Assembly: GCA_965116405.1 (NCBI GenBank)
Contig: OZ220685.1
Location: 1,875,492 to 1,939,491, forward strand
Length of the DNA stretch: 64,000 nt
Origin: Dehalococcoidia bacterium
Lineage (GTDB): Bacteria; Chloroflexota; Dehalococcoidia; Lucifugimonadales; UBA1123
Direction of reading: 5' to 3'
Part shown: positions 56,411 to 64,000 of the stretch, piece by piece
How positions within the stretch are numbered: position 1 is the stretch's first letter
How the letters are laid out: the number at the start of each line of letters is the position of its first letter
Position numbers and translations under genes: made by a program
Notes under the pieces: model-generated
What the model saw: only the letters and a program-made list of their open reading frames with translations
Databases searched by the model: none
Told to the model about the DNA's origin: nothing

Positions 56411-57328
56411 TTAACCCAGCAGGTGCCGCCGTATCTCATCCAGCCTTGCGCGCTCTTCCGGAGTCGCCTCTTCGAATACATCGCCCTTCTGCCGGATGGA
56501 TCCCGTGAAGTTCGGCGGCCTCTTCTCCAGGAACGCCGCGCGACCTTCGTCTCCGTCCCCGGTCATCTGCGTCAGGAGCGCGTTCATAAGTGTCTGTACT
56601 CGCCACGCCTCCGTCACCGGGATGTCACGGAATCGCAGCACAAGCTCTTTCATCATCCGCACAGCCAGCGGCGGAAGCGCGGCAATATAGTCGGCAAGCT
56701 CTTCGGCCCGAGCCATAAGCTGGTCGTGAGGAACGACCTCGTTGATGAGGTTGATCCGCAGCGCCTCCTCCGCGTCGAACGGCTCGTCCATAAGGAGTAT
56801 GCGCATCGCGTCGGCGTGGGAGATCTGGCGGGTGAGGTATGTAGCGCCCGGTCCGCCGCCGACCCAACCCTGGCTGAGCAGCGCGAACTTGAACCGCGCG
56901 TTCTCCCGCGAGGCGATCCGTATGTCCGTGGACGTGAGCATCAGGTAGAAGCCTGCTCCGGCGGCCCACCCGTTGATTGCGCCGATCACTGGCTTGTAGA
57001 TCTGCGGGTAGTGGTCGCCGAGCCTGCCGTCCGCCCCTATGAGCGCGCCGTTCACCGTACCGCTCAGTGGCCAGAACACGCCCTCAGCCCGAAGACGCTC
57101 ACGCTCTTCAGCGGTAACGTCCGGCCTCGACGCCAGGTTGTGTCCTGCGCAGAAGTGCCTGTCGCCAACTCCGGTCAGTATGGAGACCCGGATGTCCCGA
57201 TCGTCCCACACCTCCTTCCAGATCTCCGCGATCTCATGCGAGATCTGCCTGTCCAGGATGTTCGCCTTTGCCGGATTGTTGATCGTGATATAAGCGATCT
57301 TGCCTCTCTTCTCATAGTCAACGGGCAT
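56411..57328 (-). CDS. enoyl-CoA hydratase/isomerase (crotonase) family protein
   Basis: IAYITINNPAKANILD ... FCAGHNL ... INGWAAGAGFYLML. Confidence 0.9.
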   Translation of the reverse strand: MPVDYEKRGKIAYITINNPAKANILDRQISHEIAEIWKEVWDDRDIRVSILTGVGDRHFCAGHNLASRPDVTAEERERLRAEGVFWPLSGTVNGALIGADGRLGDHYPQIYKPVIGAINGWAAGAGFYLMLTSTDIRIASRENARFKFALLSQGWVGGGPGATYLTRQISHADAMRILLMDEPFDAEEALRINLINEVVPHDQLMARAEELADYIAALPPLAVRMMKELVLRFRDIPVTEAWRVQTLMNALLTQMTGDGDEGRAAFLEKRPPNFTGSIRQKGDVFEEATPEERARLDEIRRHLLG

Positions 57329-57433
57329 TTTCTTCCCCCTTCACGTAGCCGTGGGTCGGATTCTATGGTCAGGCATGGGTCTGGTCAACGACAGGCCGAA
57401 CCCGCGACTTGCTGTACAATTGACCCCGAAACC

Positions 57434-57913
57434 ATGAACCGCGTAACCCTCTACACAGACGGCGCATGCTCGGGCAATCCCGGCCCTGGAGGATTCGGCA
57501 CCGTCATGATGTCCGGTCCTCACCGCAACGAACTCAGCGGCGGCTTTCGCTCCACCACCAACAACCGGATGGAGCTTCTTGCCGTAATCAAAGGACTAGA
57601 AGCCCTGAAACAGCCATGCAAGGTCACTGTGTACAGTGACTCCCGGTACATCGTCGACGCTGTCAACAAGGGCTGGGCCGTGCGTTGGAGAGCCAACGGC
57701 TGGAAGCGCAACAAGAAAGACAAGGCAGTCAACCCTGACCTGTGGGGAAGGCTCCTCGAGCAGCTTGAACGGCACGACGTCGAGCTTCGATGGGTGAAAG
57801 GACACGCGGGCAACCCGGGCAACGAACGGGCAGACGAGCTTGCCGTCGCGGCTTCTAAGGGGGATGATCTCGCGGTAGACGAAGGCTACGAGAAAGTCGC
57901 CGCCTTACTCTGA
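57434..57913 (+). CDS. rnhA: ribonuclease HI
   Basis: [22 protein letters not shown] ... [16 protein letters not shown] ... [17 protein letters not shown]. The 506-aa track ORF is an antisense artefact fused to this gene. Confidence 0.92.
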   Translation: MNRVTLYTDGACSGNPGPGGFGTVMMSGPHRNELSGGFRSTTNNRMELLAVIKGLEALKQPCKVTVYSDSRYIVDAVNKGWAVRWRANGWKRNKKDKAVNPDLWGRLLEQLERHDVELRWVKGHAGNPGNERADELAVAASKGDDLAVDEGYEKVAALL

Positions 57914-57935
57914 AATAACTGAAGGTGATGACCCG

Positions 57936-58433
57936 TTGACCGACACGCGCGAACCCAGGCTGACCCACATAGACCAGAGCGGCAACGCCCAGATGGTGGA
58001 CGTCGGTTGGAAGCCCGACACCCAGCGTGAGGCCGTCGCCAGGGGCCGCGTGGTCATGCAGCCACGGACTCTCGAACTCATCCAGGCCAACGCATTCGAC
58101 AAGGGAGACGTCTTGGCGGTCGCCCGGATCGCGGGAATCATGGGCGCCAAGAACACCTCGCAGCTCATCCCGCTCTGTCACCCACTGCCCATCAACAAGA
58201 TCGGCGTGGACTTCGATCTCAACTCCGCCGACAGCGCCGTCGAAATCACCGCCACGGCGCGCACGACAGGCAAGACTGGCGTCGAGATGGAGGCGCTCAC
58301 CGCCGTCAGCATCGCCGCGCTCACCATCTACGACATGTGCAAGGCGGTCGACCGCGGGATGCGAATCGAGTCGGTCCGGCTCGCCCGCAAGACAGGCGGT
58401 CAGAGCGGAGACGTGGACCTCGAGTCCGAATGA
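57936..58433 (+). CDS. moaC: cyclic pyranopterin monophosphate synthase MoaC
   Basis: [18 protein letters not shown] ... [16 protein letters not shown] ... PLCHPL ... [11 protein letters not shown]. Confidence 0.92.
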   Translation: MTDTREPRLTHIDQSGNAQMVDVGWKPDTQREAVARGRVVMQPRTLELIQANAFDKGDVLAVARIAGIMGAKNTSQLIPLCHPLPINKIGVDFDLNSADSAVEITATARTTGKTGVEMEALTAVSIAALTIYDMCKAVDRGMRIESVRLARKTGGQSGDVDLESE

Positions 58434-58507
58434 CACGCCGCCAGCACTTCGACGACCTTCATCATGCACTCAGCAGCCAGTTGCATTAGCTACCCCAAGG
58501 AGCACAC

Positions 58508-58930
58508 ATGGACTTCAACGACGTAGTACCGTTCTTCGATACACATAAGAGAGGCGTAATCGCGACTCGCAGACCGAACGGCGCTACCCACTCCAGCATC
58601 GTGGTCTGCGGCGCGTACAAGGGCAACGCGGCGTTCGTGTCCGTCTACCCCCGCTCGCAGAAGATCCGCAACCTCCGCCGCGATCCGAACTGCACCGTGC
58701 TCTCCGTCAGGGACGACTGGCGAGGGTGGGTCTCGGTTGAGGGCCAGGCGACCCTGATCGACTACAACAACACCGATGCCGAGGAGATGCGCGTCCTTCT
58801 CCGCGAGGTGTACATGGCATGCAGCCACACCGAGCACCCGGACTGGGAAGAGTACGATCAGGCCATGGTCGACCAGGAGGCCGTGATCGTCCTTGTCAAG
58901 CCGGAGCGCGTCTACGGCCTGGTGCGGTAG
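58508..58930 (+). CDS. PPOX-class (pyridoxamine 5'-phosphate oxidase-like) probable F420-dependent enzyme
   Basis: 140 aa. RGVIATRRPNGATHSSIV ... a split-barrel-like pattern. Confidence 0.75.
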   Translation: MDFNDVVPFFDTHKRGVIATRRPNGATHSSIVVCGAYKGNAAFVSVYPRSQKIRNLRRDPNCTVLSVRDDWRGWVSVEGQATLIDYNNTDAEEMRVLLREVYMACSHTEHPDWEEYDQAMVDQEAVIVLVKPERVYGLVR

Positions 58931-58958
58931 GGGCCACAGCAGTAACCCCGAAATTTCA

Positions 58959-59579
58959 ATGACACTCCTCAAGAACCTGTTCAAACGAAACCGCAGGCTC
59001 AAGGGCCAGCTTGAGACTCCCGACCTCATCGTGGTCGGACTCGGCAACCCCGAGCCGCACTACCTCAAGACTCGTCACAACGCCGGCTGGTGGCTCATAG
59101 ATCTGCTCTCCGACCGGCACTCTATCGAGCTCCGCCGCGCTCACAGCACTACTAGGCTCGGCATCGGAAAGATGGAAGGGCGCACAGTTGCCCTCGCCAA
59201 GCCGCGCACCCACGTGAACGGCAGCGGCGACGCCGTCGCCTATCTGCTGGCGCGACTACGGACTACCCAGGACCGGCTCCTGATCGTCTACGACGAGACT
59301 GCACTCCCGCCGGGCAGGCTCAGGCTGAGACCCCGGGGAAGCGCCGCAGGACACAACGGCATCAAGTCGATCATCTCCGCACTCGGCAACCAGGATTTCG
59401 CCCGCCTGAGGATCGGCGTGGGTCAGCCCCCACCCGGTACCGACCGCGTCGGCTGGGTCCTCGGGGAGATGTCGTCCCAAGACCAGGAGCTGGTCGACGA
59501 CGCCATCGACAGGGCCTCGCAGGCCATCATCAGCCTGATGGAAGACGGCATCGACAGGGCAATGGGCCAGTTTAATTGA
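58959..59579 (+). CDS. pth: peptidyl-tRNA hydrolase
   Basis: LIVVGLGNPEPHYLKTRHNAGWW ... GSAAGHNGIKSI. Confidence 0.92.
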   Translation: MTLLKNLFKRNRRLKGQLETPDLIVVGLGNPEPHYLKTRHNAGWWLIDLLSDRHSIELRRAHSTTRLGIGKMEGRTVALAKPRTHVNGSGDAVAYLLARLRTTQDRLLIVYDETALPPGRLRLRPRGSAAGHNGIKSIISALGNQDFARLRIGVGQPPPGTDRVGWVLGEMSSQDQELVDDAIDRASQAIISLMEDGIDRAMGQFN

Positions 59580-59648
59580 ATAGGGAATAGCGAATTGAGA
59601 GTGGTGAAGTGTGGGAAACTTACCTATTCTGCATTCTCAATTCCTAAT

Positions 59649-60764
59649 TCACCGCAGCCCCATCTGCTGTGCGAACGTCTCGACGTACCCCGATGACGAC
59701 CCATATTTCAGCTCAGCCACCTTGGCCCTGCGCGTCCATAGCTGGAGGTCGTACTCCTCCATGAACCCGATGCCGCCGTGTATCTGCTGCGCCGTCAGCG
59801 TCGTCCACTTGTAGGCGTGGTTTGTCAGCGACTTCGCCAGCGCGATCTCCTTGTCCGCAGGCTGCCCGTCCTCGATCCTTGTGATCGCCTCGTAGGTCGC
59901 CAACCGCGCCGAGTCTATCGCGATCACCATGTCCGCGCAGTCGTGCTGCACCGACTGGAACGTCGCGATGGCTCTGTCGAACTGCACCCGCTGCTTGGTG
60001 TATTCGACCGTCATCTCCTGGACGTGCTGAGCTCCCCCAATGTTGTGAGCGCAGTGGAGCAGAGCCGCCCTGTCGAGCGCTCGCTTCAAGGCTGCCTCAC
60101 CTTGTCCTGCATCACCCACAACTCCGTCCGATACGAACACATCCGAGAACTCCACCGCGAACTGCGGGTCCCTCGCAATGCTGTCCAAACGAGTAAGGCC
60201 GATTCCGTCTGTGGCCGATGGCACCAGCAGCAACACAACGTCGCCATCAGCCCTCGCCGGAACCAGCATCAGGTCTGCCGAGTTGGCGTACTCGACGAAC
60301 ATCTTGGTGCCGTTGAGCACGTATCCGCCTTCGCGCCGTTCAGCCGTCATGGAGACAGAGTCAGGCCCATACCGAGCGTTCTCGTCCAGGAACGCCGATG
60401 TCGCAATGACCGATCCGTCAGTGATTCTCGGCAATATCTCCGAACGCTGCGAGTCAGAACCAGCGTCCAGCAGTGTCAGACCGACGACTGCAACGGAGTT
60501 GAAGAACGGCCCAGGCACTAGGGCACGCCCAAACTCCTCGAGGAGCACTGCGAGGTCGGTAAGCGTCCCGCTCGAGCCACCCAGTTCCTCCGGAAACGGC
60601 AGCCCGGACCATCCGAGACTGGAAATACGCTCCCACAGGTCCGCCGGATACCCCCGGTCGTCCTGCTCCATAGCCCGAACTAGGCTGGTCGGACACTCGA
60701 CCTCGAACACTTCCCGGGCCGTATCCTTCAGCCTCTGCTGTGATTCTGTAAGCGATAGGTCCAT
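59649..60764 (-). CDS. acyl-CoA dehydrogenase family protein
   Basis: Typical ACAD layout. The C-terminus reads QIHGGIGFMEEYDLQLWTRRAK. Confidence 0.9.
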   Translation of the reverse strand: MDLSLTESQQRLKDTAREVFEVECPTSLVRAMEQDDRGYPADLWERISSLGWSGLPFPEELGGSSGTLTDLAVLLEEFGRALVPGPFFNSVAVVGLTLLDAGSDSQRSEILPRITDGSVIATSAFLDENARYGPDSVSMTAERREGGYVLNGTKMFVEYANSADLMLVPARADGDVVLLLVPSATDGIGLTRLDSIARDPQFAVEFSDVFVSDGVVGDAGQGEAALKRALDRAALLHCAHNIGGAQHVQEMTVEYTKQRVQFDRAIATFQSVQHDCADMVIAIDSARLATYEAITRIEDGQPADKEIALAKSLTNHAYKWTTLTAQQIHGGIGFMEEYDLQLWTRRAKVAELKYGSSSGYVETFAQQMGLR

Positions 60765-60805
60765 TAAGGAGTCCTAGTGTATCGACAACTCATTTCTAAT
60801 GGTCA

Positions 60806-60895
60806 CAGTCGTTCGTCCTGAGCTTGTCGAAGGACGGGTTCATGGTTCGACGATCTCGTGAACTAGACGAACGGCTCACCGCTCACGATGGTGAA
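60806..60895. repeat. composite hairpin repeat (module B plus partner arm)
   Basis: TCGTTCGTCCTGAGCTTGTCGAAGGAC (60809-60835) is identical to 2549-2575. It is followed by GGGTTCATGGTTCGACGATCTCGTGAACTAGACGAACGG. Intergenic between the two ACAD genes. Confidence 0.8.
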
Positions 60896-60905
60896 CGGCT
60901 GTCAT

Positions 60906-62138
60906 CTACGTCCTGCCCGCAGCGGCCTGCGGCGACCTCAGGTCCTGCCTGGGCTCCGAGCCTTCACGCGGCATCCCGAGCCCTCGCTGCGCGATGATGT
61001 TGCGCTGCACTTCGTTCGCGCCCCCTCCGAATCTCAGGAAGATCCCGCTCCTATACGCCTGCTCCATCTCGCCGTCCATCAGCGCGAATGGCGAGTTCTT
61101 GGTGAGCTGCCCGTACAGGCCCAGAAGCTCGAACCCGAAGTCCGCCACCTCCTGGATCAGGTCGGTCGCGACTATCTTCAACGCGGAGCTTTCGTAGTTC
61201 GGCACGATCCCCTGGTCGATCATCCACGCCGTCCTGTACGACAACAGCCTGACCGTCTCCAGCTTCATGCCGATCTCGGCAAACCGCGTCCTGAAGTGCG
61301 GATCGCGTGAGAGCGGCTGGCCGTCCACCTCGGTCTCGTTAGCGTACTCTACGAGCCTGTTGAGCCTGCGCAGCAGGCCCGTGTACCGGGAGCCGATGCT
61401 GACCCGCTCGAAGTCCAGCGCCATCGCGACGTGGTACCAGCCCCGGTTGGGTTCGCCGATCAGGTTCTGGCGAGGGATGCGCACGTTGTCGAAGAACACC
61501 TCGTTGGTGCGCCCGCTGTCCATGCGCCACAGCGGACGGACGGAGATTCCATCCGAGTCCATCGGCACCAGGAACACCGAAAGACCTCGGTGTTTCCTTA
61601 CCTCCGTGTCGGTACGGGCCAGCAGCCACACGTGCGACGAGAAGTGACCCGCGCTCGTGAACAGCTTCTGACCGTTGATGACGTAGTCGTCTCCGTCCAC
61701 GACGGCGCGTGTCTGTAAGCCTGCCAGGTCGGTCCCTGCGCCCGGCTCAGTGTAGCCGAGAGCGCACTCGACCTCGCCGCTGAGCATCTTTGGAAGCCAC
61801 TCTGCGCGCTGTTCGTCGGTACCGACGTTCATGATGGTCGGCCCCACCATGTTCACCGCAGTGCCGTTGGTGTACAGGCCGCCGAAGCTGCCGATCTCCT
61901 CGGAAAAGATGTACTGGTCCATGAGCGACCGCCCCAGACCGCCGTACTCTTCGGGCCAGGAGATGCCGAGAAGCCCGCGACTGCCGATCTCTCGCATGAA
62001 CTGCTTGCCTGCAGGACCGGGGCCTACGTCGTCATCGCTCTCCATCTCATCCCGGAGTTCGGGGGTGATTAGCGACTCGATGGTCGAGCGTACTTCGCTT
62101 CGCCACTCGTCCTGCTCAGGCGTGAATCTAAAGTCCAT
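60906..62138 (-). CDS. acyl-CoA dehydrogenase family protein
   Basis: MDFRFTPEQDEWRSEV ... FGGGANEVQRNIIAQRGLGMP. Confidence 0.9.
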   Translation of the reverse strand: MDFRFTPEQDEWRSEVRSTIESLITPELRDEMESDDDVGPGPAGKQFMREIGSRGLLGISWPEEYGGLGRSLMDQYIFSEEIGSFGGLYTNGTAVNMVGPTIMNVGTDEQRAEWLPKMLSGEVECALGYTEPGAGTDLAGLQTRAVVDGDDYVINGQKLFTSAGHFSSHVWLLARTDTEVRKHRGLSVFLVPMDSDGISVRPLWRMDSGRTNEVFFDNVRIPRQNLIGEPNRGWYHVAMALDFERVSIGSRYTGLLRRLNRLVEYANETEVDGQPLSRDPHFRTRFAEIGMKLETVRLLSYRTAWMIDQGIVPNYESSALKIVATDLIQEVADFGFELLGLYGQLTKNSPFALMDGEMEQAYRSGIFLRFGGGANEVQRNIIAQRGLGMPREGSEPRQDLRSPQAAAGRT

Positions 62139-62150
62139 TTGGCGGTTTCC

Positions 62151-62573
62151 CTAAGCGGGCTTGAACACCGGAAGCGCTATCTCGCCCTCGCCCTGGTCGA
62201 TCCAGGTAAGCTCCACCCTCATGCCACAGGTGACGTCCTCGATCGGGTTCTCGACGTCCACGATGTTGGTCATGATGCGGAACCCCTCGTCGAGGTCCAC
62301 ATATGCCAGGGCGTAAGGTCCGAGGTCCTTGAATGCCGGGTGGTAGTTCTGCATGACCACGCTGAACGTGTAGACCTCGCCCTTACCGGCGGACACGTTC
62401 CACGTGATGTTGCCGGAAAGACATCCGGTGCAGTGCGCTCGCGGATAGAAGATCACCTCGTCGCAGTCGTCGCACGTCTGGTAGGTCAACTCACGCCGCT
62501 TGGTGGCCTCCCAGAACGGTTCAGTGTCCTGCTCCGGGAATCTCGGCTGTGGCCTCAGTGCTTGTTCGGTCAT
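62151..62573 (-). CDS. Zn-ribbon/OB-fold protein (DUF35), partner of SCP-x-type thiolases
   Basis: CDDCDEVIFYPRAHCTGCLS zinc ribbon followed by an OB-fold segment. It sits directly downstream of the thiolase-like gene. Confidence 0.85.
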   Translation of the reverse strand: MTEQALRPQPRFPEQDTEPFWEATKRRELTYQTCDDCDEVIFYPRAHCTGCLSGNITWNVSAGKGEVYTFSVVMQNYHPAFKDLGPYALAYVDLDEGFRIMTNIVDVENPIEDVTCGMRVELTWIDQGEGEIALPVFKPA

Positions 62574-62623
62574 TGGAATCTCCTGATGCGTTCCCCGGCC
62601 AATCGACGCCGGGTAGTGGATGC

Positions 62624-63817
62624 TTAGTCGGCTGCGAGAATGGTTACGCCTGTCGCGTGTCGCGACCCAAGCTGACCGCCGTTGCCCACGGCCACCGCCA
62701 GCTTTGCGTCGTCGACCTGCGAGTTCGACTCGCCTCGCAGCTGTCGCGCCGCCTCGAGCAGCAGGAAGATTCCGCGCTCGCCCGGATGGTTCGACGACAG
62801 TCCGCCGCCGTCAGTGTTCATCGCCGGCTTGCGCGGGTCGTCGAATGCCAGGTGGCCCTGGGCGACGTACTCTCCACCCTCGCCCTTCGCGCAGAATCCG
62901 AGGTCCTCGATCATGCACATGACCGTGATCGAGAACGAGTCGTACGCCATAAGCACGTCGATCTCGTCTGGCGTTACACCCGCATCGGCAAAGGCGATTG
63001 GGCCCGACTGCGCTCCTGCGCTGACGGTGATGTCTCCCCCGTTCTCGCGGTACTTGGTCGCCTCACCGCCGCCGATTATCCACACTGGCGGCTTCGCGCA
63101 GTTGGCTGCCACTTCCTTAGACGCGATGATCACTGCGCCCCCACCGTCGGAGATCATGCAGCACTCCAGCAGCCTCAGCGGCCACGCAATCATGCGCGAG
63201 TCCACTACGTCCTCCACGGTCAGCTCGCGAATGCCCACGAACTCCAGGTCGGTCATTGCCTTGACCGCCTCTGGGTTGCGCATCGCGTGCTTGCGGGTTG
63301 CGATCGAGATATGAGCGAACTGCTCGTTGGTCGAACCGTACTGGTACATATGCCGGTTCTTGACCATCGCGTAGTTGGCGATGAGTGTTTGACCCCAGGA
63401 CGACTCCATGTTCGTCTGGGGGTTGGGAACGCCCGCCCCCGGCGCTCCGCCGGTGCCGATACGGCGCCTGTCGGAGTGGGCAGTGGAGCCATACGTGATG
63501 AGAGCGACGTCAGCCTTGCCCGCGGCGATCATCGTGGCCGCGTGGTTCGCCTGGAACTCGTACGATGTCCCACCAACCGCGGTATTGTCGATCAGCCTCG
63601 GCTTGAGTCCGAAGTACTCTGAGATGCCCAGCCCGCCGATGTTCTGGTGGCCCCCGTGGTCGTACACGGCGTCAACGTCGCTCCAGGTCAGCCCCGCGTC
63701 CTCCAACGCGCGGGCGGCCGAGGCCGCCTTGATCTGCAGCGCACTGACGTTGGGCCCAACGACCCTCAGCGGGTATTCGTGAATGCCGACGATCGCGGCC
63801 TCTCTGGTTTGAGGCAT
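62624..63817 (-). CDS. thiolase-like lipid-transfer protein (SCP-x type)
   Basis: AAIVGIHEYPLR ... a thiolase-fold sequence, and the C-terminus has GGGLSSNHPGERGI. Confidence 0.88.
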   Translation of the reverse strand: MPQTREAAIVGIHEYPLRVVGPNVSALQIKAASAARALEDAGLTWSDVDAVYDHGGHQNIGGLGISEYFGLKPRLIDNTAVGGTSYEFQANHAATMIAAGKADVALITYGSTAHSDRRRIGTGGAPGAGVPNPQTNMESSWGQTLIANYAMVKNRHMYQYGSTNEQFAHISIATRKHAMRNPEAVKAMTDLEFVGIRELTVEDVVDSRMIAWPLRLLECCMISDGGGAVIIASKEVAANCAKPPVWIIGGGEATKYRENGGDITVSAGAQSGPIAFADAGVTPDEIDVLMAYDSFSITVMCMIEDLGFCAKGEGGEYVAQGHLAFDDPRKPAMNTDGGGLSSNHPGERGIFLLLEAARQLRGESNSQVDDAKLAVAVGNGGQLGSRHATGVTILAAD

Positions 63818-63980
63818 TTCCAGACGCTCCTTCCACGCGCCGCAGCGCGCCCATCATGATGATCAAACCAAGACCCGTACTCAGATACGGGAGTGCGCCA
63901 AAATTACCACACGCCCCATACACCGTCAACGAAACTTAGGCCCGATGAAACCGCCCCACGTTGCGTACTCATCTCCCTCC

Positions 63981-64000
63981 GTCGTTCCGGCGAAGGCCGG
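63981..64000. repeat. partial module A-like hairpin at the window edge (GTCGTTCCGGCGAAGGCCGG...)
   Basis: Same architecture as CGTCATTCCCGCGAAAGCGGGAATCC. It is truncated by the window end. Confidence 0.4.

Noticed and set aside
56393-57913. 506-aa plus-strand ORF, the longest unexplained ORF in the track
   Set aside because: Its first ~340 codons are antisense to a well-supported crotonase gene (56411..57328) and have Arg/Pro-rich GC-artefact composition. Only the last 159 codons (from the ATG at 57434) are a recognisable protein, RNase HI.
59582-59643. Apparent inverted repeats between convergent pth and ACAD genes (GAATAG, GAATTGAGA and their complements)
   Set aside because: The complementary segments are interleaved (order 1,2,1',2'), so they do not form a simple terminator hairpin. 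They are short and AT-rich, so chance is plausible.
62549-63622. 357-aa plus-strand ORF. Similar long ORFs are at 16204..17004, 18657..19574, 28809..29627, 59778..60521, 10572..11312 and 31657..32289
   Set aside because: All are antisense shadows of genes with recognisable families in a high-GC sequence. None has a recognisable motif.

Overview
GC-rich bacterial chromosomal window with about 62 protein genes, mostly housekeeping and catabolic. Gene content is family III CoA-transferases, acyl-CoA dehydrogenases, thiolase/DUF35, F420/LLM-type oxidoreductases and a sulfatase. By inference only, this resembles marine Chloroflexota (SAR202-like) genomes. Recognisable blocks are an addB-addA-like helicase-nuclease pair (addA runs off the left edge and is missing from the ORF track), lexA with an SOS-box-like site, copA plus a YHS protein, an SBP56/methanethiol-oxidase homologue, folD/acpS, rpsF-ssb-rpsR, hom, thrC, moaC, pth and rnhA. 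Small two-gene modules are higBA, vapBC and DUF4160/DUF2442. I found no rRNA, no convincing tRNA, no CRISPR array, no transposase or integrase, and no clear multi-gene defence-like island. The signals most worth follow-up are: (1) two in-frame TGA codons at CxxC cysteine positions, each followed by a SECIS-like hairpin: a DUF3179 lipoprotein (split into two ORFs in the track) and an ArsC/Spx-family protein, suggesting selenocysteine recoding. (2) A modular family of hairpin repeats scattered between genes, one composite copy of which is read through in frame inside the addA-like helicase. (3) A secreted protein with 5+5 near-identical 47-aa repeats flanking a beta-sandwich domain. (4) An orphan promoter-to-terminator intergenic unit that may encode an unclassified ncRNA. 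All product calls rest on motif recognition by eye, not on database searches.
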